DNA of 64,000 bases, from contig JAAXKB010000008.1 in the NCBI GenBank assembly GCA_012269545.1, positions 12,348 to 76,347 of the forward strand, given 5' to 3'. A model generated the notes under the pieces. That model had not been told where the DNA came from. It ran no database searches and saw nothing but the letters and a program-made list of their open reading frames with translations. Position 1 is the first letter of the stretch. Every line of letters begins with the position of its first letter. Shown here piece by piece: positions 55,837 through 64,000 of this stretch. The position numbers and the translations under genes are program-made. This stretch comes from Gammaproteobacteria bacterium. Lineage in GTDB: Bacteria; Pseudomonadota; Gammaproteobacteria; Pseudomonadales; Azotimanducaceae.

Positions 55837-56451
55837 ATGGAGAAGTCGATGAACCGGTTCGAAAACGCAAAAGACGACCAAGAAAAAGAGCCAGAGAACG
55901 CGAAGCAATCGAATATGCTGGAAAGTGTTCTGCACAAGAACCGCACCCTCACGCTTTTCGGCGAGATAAATCAGGACGTGGCTCGTAAAACAGCAGAAAA
56001 GCTATTGGCCTTGGCGTATGAGTCCGATGACCCGATCACGCTCTACATTGGCTCGCCGGGCGGGCACGTAGAATCCGGCGATACCATCTACGACATGATT
56101 CAATTCATTAAGCCTGTGGTTCGGATTGTCGGCACCGGCTGGGTAGGCAGCATCGCGACGCACATCTATTTGGCAGCGGAGAAAGAGAACAGATTCGCGC
56201 TGCCCAATACCCGTTTCTTGATTCATCAGCCCTCCGGCGGTTTTGGCGGCGACGCAACAGATATTCAAATCCACGCCACAGAGATTTTAAAGACTCGGGA
56301 GCGTATCAACGGCGTGATTGCCGATCGGACCGGCCAAAGTGTCGAGCGCGTGACCGAAGACACGTCACGAGACTGTTGGATGAGCGCCGAGGAGTCAGTT
56401 GAATACGGTTTAATCGGCAAGATCATCTCGAGCATCGACGAAATCTCGTAA
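55837..56451 (+). CDS. ClpP-family serine peptidase paralogue (S14)
   Basis: Collinear with ClpP (YIGSPGGHVESGDTIYDMIQFIKP, GWVGSIATHIYLAA, RFLIHQPSGGFGGDATDIQIHATEIL, RDCWMSAEESVEYGLIGKI). Ser, His and Asp positions are retained. Start set to MEKSMNRF (55837), which has a GGAGA RBS. Confidence 0.8.
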   Translation: MEKSMNRFENAKDDQEKEPENAKQSNMLESVLHKNRTLTLFGEINQDVARKTAEKLLALAYESDDPITLYIGSPGGHVESGDTIYDMIQFIKPVVRIVGTGWVGSIATHIYLAAEKENRFALPNTRFLIHQPSGGFGGDATDIQIHATEILKTRERINGVIADRTGQSVERVTEDTSRDCWMSAEESVEYGLIGKIISSIDEIS

Positions 56452-56466
56452 CGATAGGTACACTGA

Positions 56467-56488
56467 GCAGCCGCTTCTGAGCGGCTGC
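56467..56488 (+). terminator. hairpin after the ClpP-like gene (weak terminator candidate, no T-run)
   Basis: GCAGCCGC-TTCTGA-GCGGCTGC is a perfect 8-bp stem 16 nt after the stop. It is followed by CACTTCGC, not a T-tract. Confidence 0.4.
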
Positions 56489-56619
56489 CACTTCGCTCTC
56501 AAAATCTAGTCCTTTGCCCTTACCCGTTTGCCGTTGGCCTTGATGTTCGGCGAAGCGTCTTTGCATTTACCAAATATCGTGGCGTAATGCGGTGAATTAA
56601 CATTTCACGGGAGAGACGT

Positions 56620-57456
56620 ATGGCTTATGACTATCAATTGCTGGAGGTCGTGATTTCCGGCCGTATCGCCACGGTGACAATCAACAATCCGCCGATCAAC
56701 ATCATCACCCCCGCCTTGTATCAAGAACTGGTGGCCTTGGTGGCAGAACTCAAAGACGATGATTCGCTGACCGTAATCGTCTTCAAGAGCGCAGACCCCG
56801 ATTTTTTCATCGCCCATTACGACGTATCGAATATTCTGAAATTTCCTACCGAGGGCGATGCCGAGCGAAACCTCGAGCTAAGTGATTTTCATACCATGTG
56901 TGAGCGCGTGCGAACCATGAATAAAGTCACCATTGCACAGATCGAGGGGCGTGTGGGAGGCGGTGGCAGTGAATTTGCGGCCAGCATGGACATGCGTTTC
57001 GGTGTGATAGACAAAACCATCATTAATCAGATGGAGGTGCCGCTGGGTATTTTGCCGGGCGGCTCAGGCACGCAGCGGCTGCCGCGATTGGTTGGGCGTG
57101 GTCGAGCCATGGAAATTGTGCTTGGCGCAGACGATCTTGACGCGCAAACGGCGGAGCGGTGGGGTTATTTGAATCGAATCTACAGTGCAGACGAAGTTGA
57201 CGCCAAGGTGGCTGCGCTGGCTGAGCGAATAGCGAGTTTTCCGATGGAAGCGGTCCGGTTGGCCAAAGCCTCGGTTAATGCGTCGGACCTGCCGGTGCAA
57301 CAAGGTTTGCAAGAGGAAGCGTACTTGTTCGCGCGTTTGCTGCGCACGGAGTCTGCGCAAGCAAACATGACACGTTTTATGCAAATCGGTGGGCAAACCC
57401 GGGAAGGAGAACTCCGGGTAGCAGAGTTATCGCGGCAGTTGGGCGAAACTCACTAA
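56620..57456 (+). CDS. enoyl-CoA hydratase/isomerase family protein
   Basis: Crotonase motifs (ATVTINNPPINIIT, FKSADPDFFIAHYD, IAQIEGRVGGGGSEFAASMD). Confidence 0.85.
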   Translation: MAYDYQLLEVVISGRIATVTINNPPINIITPALYQELVALVAELKDDDSLTVIVFKSADPDFFIAHYDVSNILKFPTEGDAERNLELSDFHTMCERVRTMNKVTIAQIEGRVGGGGSEFAASMDMRFGVIDKTIINQMEVPLGILPGGSGTQRLPRLVGRGRAMEIVLGADDLDAQTAERWGYLNRIYSADEVDAKVAALAERIASFPMEAVRLAKASVNASDLPVQQGLQEEAYLFARLLRTESAQANMTRFMQIGGQTREGELRVAELSRQLGETH

Positions 57457-57461
57457 GGTGC

Positions 57462-58580
57462 CTAGGCGTTGTTGCGAATCATGCGCTGGGCGACTGCTAA
57501 GTAGATCAAGGCAGGGATCATCACCGCTAACAAGCTCGGTACATTGAACACCGCAGCCGTTGGCGCGAACAGGTCCTGCAGATATTTGAATCCCAAGCCT
57601 ATGAACAGGCCCACGGTTAGGCGCTGGCCAATACCCGTGTGCCGCAAGGGGCCGATGACGACAGCGAGGGCCATAAGCGCCATGCTCAGGTAGGTCAGTG
57701 GAATCAACATTTTGCGCCAGAATGCCAGTTCAAAAGGAACGCTTGCCATGTGGTGCTGTTCTGCTCGAGACAAGTACTGCCACATTTGCACCACGGTCAT
57801 TTTTCGTGGATCGGAAAAAGCCTGGGTCGCTAGCTGTTCTGGATTGACCGGGTTTGCCCAAACCCAAGTTTTCTCATCGAACGATTCGACTGCTCTTTCT
57901 TTCAATTCAGTGGTTGCGACTTGATGCAATAGCCAGTGGGATTTTTCCGCGTCGAAAGTTCCGGAAACAGCCTGTCTTGTGGCGACTAGGTGGTTCAGGA
58001 CGTTAAGCTGATAAACGTGTATGTGTGCCAGATGACCCTGTTGATCAATGCCGCCGATGTGCGCGAATTCGCTGCCACTCGCGAAGCTGCGGCGCAGCCA
58101 GACGCCATCTTTCGGAGTTATGAAGGGGTTGGCAGCGGAATGATTTATTGCTTGCCCCAATGATTCGCCAAGGAGGGCTTGCTGCTTGCTTTGCACACCA
58201 GCCCGCTCTCCAGCCGGGGATAAAATCTCGCTAAGCACCAGATTCAAAGCCAGGCAAATGCCAAGGGTTGGCAGCAGGGCAATCATAATGCGCCTAGGCG
58301 AGACACCGGCCGCACGGATAGCTGTGAGCTCGCCTCCTTCTGCGAGATTGCCAAGGGCGAGCAGGAGGCCGATAAAGACGCCGTAAGATAACAGTTCTTC
58401 TATGCGGCGAGGCATGGTGAGCAAGAGATATTCAATTGCCTGAGCGAAGCCGTAATTCGCATTGTCCTCGTCGAGTTCCTCGATTAACGCAAATAAAAGC
58501 GTCAACGCAGACAGCACACCGATAACCGTTGCAATCGCCGCAACGCATTGGCGTGTCAGGTATCTATCCAAGAGCGTCAA
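57462..58580 (-). CDS. lptG: LptF/LptG family (YjgP/YjgQ) permease, LptG-like
   Basis: Collinear with E. coli LptG as I recall it (LDRYL start, GELTAIRAAGVSPRRIM, C-terminal TM bundle). TTG start forms a TTGA overlap with the SulP stop. Confidence 0.75.
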   Translation of the reverse strand: MTLLDRYLTRQCVAAIATVIGVLSALTLLFALIEELDEDNANYGFAQAIEYLLLTMPRRIEELLSYGVFIGLLLALGNLAEGGELTAIRAAGVSPRRIMIALLPTLGICLALNLVLSEILSPAGERAGVQSKQQALLGESLGQAINHSAANPFITPKDGVWLRRSFASGSEFAHIGGIDQQGHLAHIHVYQLNVLNHLVATRQAVSGTFDAEKSHWLLHQVATTELKERAVESFDEKTWVWANPVNPEQLATQAFSDPRKMTVVQMWQYLSRAEQHHMASVPFELAFWRKMLIPLTYLSMALMALAVVIGPLRHTGIGQRLTVGLFIGLGFKYLQDLFAPTAAVFNVPSLLAVMIPALIYLAVAQRMIRNNA

Positions 58581-60343
58581 TGCTGCTCTCCGCTATCGCC
58601 GTGAGGCTCGGTGAGGGCTCGCAACGCTTCGTCGTTGCTGAAGTAAATGTTGCCGCTGATGTCGTCTGCTAAACCTGTTGCCTGTAGCTCTTTCATCAAC
58701 GGGCCTTTGACCTCACTGAGATTGAACCGGATACCAATGTCGGCCAAGGTTCCGCTCATGCGTAGCAGCATCGCATGGCCTGTACTGTCGATTCGATTTA
58801 CCGATCCGCAAGCCAAGAGCACGTCGGTAATGTCTTGGCGCCGCAGTGCGCGACCGACGATTCGGTCTTCGATTTGGGAAGCGTTGGCAAAAAAGATATT
58901 TTCGTCCACCCGCAGCGCCAAAACGGCTTGGTGCAGGGTAACGGGATAGCGTTTGGCAGAGCGAAACTGCTGGGAGTCCCCAAGTCTGCCGATTTGAGTG
59001 ATGGCAGGGTTGCTGGATGCCCGCAGAAAAAAAGCGATGGATAACACGACGCCAAAGAGCAAGCCGATCTCGACGCCGAGGGCCAAAACGCCCAAGGCGG
59101 TGCCCCACTCGGTCCAGGAATCTTGACGATGTACAGCCCAGTTTTTGCGCGAATTTTTGAGGTCGACCAGATTCCAGACGGAAACTATGACGATGGCGGC
59201 CAATGCTGCCTTTGGTAAATTGACAAAGGCATCGGTGAAGAACATCAGCGTCACCACGATGATCAGGGCGCAGATGAGCGTGCTCACAGGCGTTCGCGCC
59301 CCAGCAGCATAGTTCACCCCCGATCGGGAGAACGATCCCGCGACAGGATAGGCACCGCTGAGTGCAGCACCAACGTTTGCCGCACCCAAGGCAACCAATT
59401 CTTGATTAGGCCTGACTTGATAACGTTCCTTGGCCGCGAGTGTCGCGCCGATGGAATAACTTTCAATATAGGTAATCACCGCGATGACGGCAGCCGATGG
59501 CAGTAAGGCCAACCACAGTGCCAAATCCATCGCCGGCCAGGTCAATGAGGGTAGGCCGCTTGGCACCAAGCCAACCGTATTGGTCTGACCTGAAAGACCA
59601 AGAGCAGAGACCGCTGCAATGCCGCCCAAGGCTGCCCAAAGCGGACCCGTTTTGGCCAAGGGGTGATCTTTTCCAGCGTGTACCCCAGCGAGCATTACCA
59701 GCTTGCCGATGAGGGGCTTGGACAACAGCAGGAGCGCCAGTGCAGCCAAGCCAATAGATAGGGTAAGGATATTGGTTTGGCTTAACTGGTTAATCAGGTC
59801 TATCAATTGAATGAGTGGGCTGCTGCCCTGATCGATCGTAACGCCTGTGATCGCTGGAATTTGGGAAATGATGATCAGCAGGGCTGCCGCATTGACGAAT
59901 CCGGTGATTACCGGATGACTGAGCAAGTTGATAAGCCCGCCCAAGTTACACGCCCGAAGAGCGAACAAAATCAAACCAACCTGCAGACACAGGATGCTCG
60001 AAATCATGAGATGAGCATCACCGTAACTCGGCGCGTGCTGTGCGATAGCGGAAGCCACCAGCAGAGCGGCGACGGCTACTGGGCCAACAACGAGATGTCT
60101 TGAACTGCCAAACACGCCGTAAATCAACATAGGCAGCAAGCATGCGTACAGGCCTGCTTGTGGTGGCAAGCCCGCTAGGTAGGCATAGGCAATGGCTTGA
60201 GGTACCGTCACCATGCCGACGACGGCGCCGGCGATCAGGTCTTGGCTGAAATCGTCGCTCTGATAGTCTGTCAGGGCCGGAACGATCGGTACCCACTGAC
60301 GCCATCGGCGGCCAACCATCGCTAGGCGGGTTTTCAATCGCAT
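58577..60343 (-). CDS. SulP family inorganic anion transporter with C-terminal STAS domain
   Basis: SulP N-terminus (DLIAGAVVGMVTVPQAIAYAYLAGLPPQAGLY), about 11 TM segments, and a STAS-like C-terminus (VLALRVDENIFFANA...RIDSTGHAMLLRM). Confidence 0.9.
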   Translation of the reverse strand: MRLKTRLAMVGRRWRQWVPIVPALTDYQSDDFSQDLIAGAVVGMVTVPQAIAYAYLAGLPPQAGLYACLLPMLIYGVFGSSRHLVVGPVAVAALLVASAIAQHAPSYGDAHLMISSILCLQVGLILFALRACNLGGLINLLSHPVITGFVNAAALLIIISQIPAITGVTIDQGSSPLIQLIDLINQLSQTNILTLSIGLAALALLLLSKPLIGKLVMLAGVHAGKDHPLAKTGPLWAALGGIAAVSALGLSGQTNTVGLVPSGLPSLTWPAMDLALWLALLPSAAVIAVITYIESYSIGATLAAKERYQVRPNQELVALGAANVGAALSGAYPVAGSFSRSGVNYAAGARTPVSTLICALIIVVTLMFFTDAFVNLPKAALAAIVIVSVWNLVDLKNSRKNWAVHRQDSWTEWGTALGVLALGVEIGLLFGVVLSIAFFLRASSNPAITQIGRLGDSQQFRSAKRYPVTLHQAVLALRVDENIFFANASQIEDRIVGRALRRQDITDVLLACGSVNRIDSTGHAMLLRMSGTLADIGIRFNLSEVKGPLMKELQATGLADDISGNIYFSNDEALRALTEPHGDSGEQH

Positions 60344-60537
60344 GGTGTTTCCGGGTGCAGTGAGCGCGTTTGGTCATAAAAGGCCGCCCATGCCGTTCGC
60401 TGCAAAGGAATACGAACGGGTGGCGCTGATAGGGGAGGCAGACATCGCATCCGTCGAGTTTATCAGCACCGGCTCAGGAAACCCGCGTTTTTTGGCTTGC
60501 CGCAGATTACCCCTCGGTGAGAATTGCGGGGTGTTAG

Positions 60538-61673
<1,136 letters not shown>

Positions 61674-61674
<1 letters not shown>

Positions 61675-62708
61675 TGACGGACAAAAAAATCCAAGATGTC
61701 TGGCTGAGTCAACTCAGAGAAGCGATCATTGACCCAGAGCAGCGTATTTGTGATCCCCACCACCATTTGTGGGATCATCAGGCTAACCCCTATTTGTTAC
61801 CCGAATTGCTGGCTGATGTTGGCGACGGGCATAACGTTGTCTCCACGGTTTTTATGGAGTGCGGGTCCATGTATCGGGCTGAAGGCACGGCAGCCTTGGC
61901 ACCGTTAGGCGAGACAGAATTTGTGAACGGTATTGCTGCCATGTCAGCATCCGGTGGCTACGGGACGACTCGTGTGTGCGCTGGCATTATCGGCTTCGCG
62001 GATCTCACCCTAGGGGCCGACGTAGGGCCGGTACTTGATGCGCATCAAGCCCTGTCGCCGCGCTTCCGCGGCATACGGCACGCGACGGGTTGGGATGCCA
62101 GCGACGCTGTTCGTAATTCTCATACGAATCCGTCGCAACATCTGCTGCAAGATGCAAGCTTTAGGCAGGGTATAGCAGAACTCGAAAAGCGCGGTCTCAG
62201 CTTCGACGCGTGGCTATACCACCCTCAGTTGCCCGAACTTGTAGAGTTGGCCCAAGACTTTCCCGGGCTGACAATTGTTGCCGATCATTTCTGCGGCCCT
62301 CTGAGTATTGGTCCGTACTCGGACAGTCGGCAATCGATTTACCTTCAGTGGCAAAAGGACTTCAAGGCCTTGGCCCAGTGCGCCAATGTGCATGCGAAAT
62401 TGGGCGGTATCGCCATGCCCATCAATGGCTTTGGCTGGCATCGCCGAGACACTCCAGCCTCGTCCGATGAACTGGTAGCAGCAACTGGGCCTTATCACCG
62501 TTGGGCAATCGAACAATTTGGACCAGAACGCTGCATGTTTGAGAGTAACTTTCCGGTCGATAGACAAAGCTGTTCCTACCATGTGTTGTGGAATGCCTTT
62601 AAAAAGATAGCCGCTGATTATTCTGATGAGGAGCGGGATGCGCTTTTCTATGGAACGGCAGCCGCGGTTTATCGACTGCACCATTCAACAGATCATTTGG
62701 GGAATTAA
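61674..62708 (+). CDS. amidohydrolase-2 (metal-dependent hydrolase/decarboxylase) family protein
   Basis: N-terminal HxH metal motif (ICDPHHHLWD) and TIM-barrel hydrolase-like blocks (IVADHFCGP, MFESNFPVD). The ATG overlaps the adhC stop by 1 nt. Confidence 0.8.
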
Positions 62709-62710
62709 GA

Positions 62711-63352
62711 ATGACAATTGATGTGATAGGCGCCGGATTTGGGCGCACTGGAACGTTGTCGCTGAAATTTGCGTTAGAGGCGCTGGGTCTGAACAAGTGC
62801 TATCACATGATGGAGGTTATGCGAAATCAAAGCCACGCGGCGCAATGGCGCAAGGCAGCCCGCGGAGAGGCGGTCGACTGGAACGCTTTATATGCCGGGT
62901 ATCAGGCAACAGTGGATTGGCCAAGCGCAAGTTTCTGGCGCGAACTTAGGGAGGTGTATCCAGAGGCTAAGGTGATTTTAACCTTGCGCGACTCCCAGCA
63001 GTGGTACACCAGCGTTATGAACACGATCTGGAAATTTTCATCGAACGCCTTGGCCGAGAGTCAAAAACGGCAAGACGATCAAGGGATCGAACGATCGTTG
63101 ATGGGCGATGAAGTCATCTGGCAGGGTGTTTTCGGCGGGCGCATGGACGATAAAGATCACGTGATCGAATGCTATGAGCGGCACAATCAGGAGGTAATCG
63201 ACACAGTGCCGGCTGAACAGTTATTGGTGTTTCGTCCAGGGGACGGGTGGGAACCGCTGTGTCGATTCTTGCAGAAGCCTGTACCAGACACAGAGTTTCC
63301 GAAAGTGAATTCGACAGAGGAGTTCGCATCTATCTGGCGTAAGAAAGAGTAG
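62711..63352 (+). CDS. sulfotransferase family protein (P-loop, Sulfotransfer_4-like)
   Basis: 5'-PSB-like loop GAGFGRTGTLSL and a TLRDSQQWYTS block. Starts 2 nt after the amidohydrolase stop. Confidence 0.75.
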   Translation: MTIDVIGAGFGRTGTLSLKFALEALGLNKCYHMMEVMRNQSHAAQWRKAARGEAVDWNALYAGYQATVDWPSASFWRELREVYPEAKVILTLRDSQQWYTSVMNTIWKFSSNALAESQKRQDDQGIERSLMGDEVIWQGVFGGRMDDKDHVIECYERHNQEVIDTVPAEQLLVFRPGDGWEPLCRFLQKPVPDTEFPKVNSTEEFASIWRKKE

Positions 63353-63380
63353 CTCGAGGGCAGGACCGCGGTTTTGCCGC

Positions 63381-63908
63381 CTAGGTTGAAAGCGCGGCCT
63401 GGCCCACTTCCGGCATTAAACCCAAAATGCTGAGCAAGATTAGGCATATGCTGGCTAAGGCCAGGTAGGCTAAAAAGCCCACAAAAATGCTGCGAGCGAC
63501 GGAGTGGTAGTCGCCCTTAAGTTCTTCTTGAAACGTTTTCAACATGCCGCCCTGTAACAGGTGGGTGACCAACAGCAGGAACATAACCTGTCCTACGTTG
63601 GAGAGAATTGCCTGAGTCATATTGAACTGCAGCGCATTGGTTTGGCCGACAGCGGGGCCCATGCTCGGCGGTCCCATGGTGGTCATGACGATAACAAAAT
63701 AAGCGCAAAACACCGCGATACCGGCACCGAGCGTGACCGCAGCTGGTCTTTTTAAACCCAATGCATGGTAGTTGGCGGCCAGCAGGAAGAATCCTGCGAG
63801 CATCGAGCCAAAAAAAGTTGCGAAGCCAATGCCGTTTAGCGAATACAGACGAGGCAAATCCTCGCGCTTGGGCGTGTTGGTGGGTTGATGCTGGTCGGGT
63901 TCGTTCAT
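63381..63908 (-). CDS. hypothetical membrane protein (about 4 TM helices)
   Basis: 175-aa ORF with several hydrophobic helices (FATFFGSMLAGFFLLAANY, AGIAVFCAYFVIVMTTM, VMFLLLVTHLL, FLAYLALASICLILLSILGL). No family recognised. Confidence 0.5.
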   Translation of the reverse strand: MNEPDQHQPTNTPKREDLPRLYSLNGIGFATFFGSMLAGFFLLAANYHALGLKRPAAVTLGAGIAVFCAYFVIVMTTMGPPSMGPAVGQTNALQFNMTQAILSNVGQVMFLLLVTHLLQGGMLKTFQEELKGDYHSVARSIFVGFLAYLALASICLILLSILGLMPEVGQAALST

Positions 63909-64000
63909 GGGTGTTCTCTTGTGCCAAGGGGCGAATACTCGACATCACGCACGTCAATGGCAAGTGCAGTGCAATCAAGGGGCCATGTTACACGAAGGGA

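Overview
This 64 kb window looks like chromosomal DNA from a moderately GC-rich marine-type Gammaproteobacterium. That taxonomic guess rests on gene content only and is unverified. Coding density is high and almost every long ORF has a recognisable family. I found no rRNA, tRNA, CRISPR array, transposase, integrase or obvious prophage.

The dominant theme is lipid and acyl-CoA metabolism:
- an MCC/GCC-type biotin carboxylase operon, divergent from a TetR-led operon (two adjacent acyl-CoA dehydrogenases, GST, LLM oxidoreductase), followed by a CYP153-type P450
- two further acyl-CoA dehydrogenases, three crotonases, a two-gene MaoC hydratase pair, a thiolase, a phytanoyl-CoA dioxygenase-family gene and several alpha/beta hydrolases

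Other content includes cmoA-cmoB, adhC, an OmpR/HK pair, transporters (SSS, APC, MATE, SulP), LemA plus an M48 peptidase, a CbbQ/NorQ-CbbO/NorD pair and a ClpP paralogue.

The strongest hidden signal is a glutathione peroxidase gene that the ORF track truncates. It has one in-frame TGA exactly at the catalytic Cys/Sec position, followed by a SECIS-like hairpin, so it is a likely selenoprotein.

Secondary items are a CinA-like/NadD-like fusion gene, an orphan CbbQ-CbbO pair, a 75-aa Ppx/GppA remnant, a CYP153 without redox partners, and an orphan terminator in a 356-bp gap. I do not see a clear multi-gene system of wholly unknown function. All functional calls come from motif and family recognition by eye, not from database searches.
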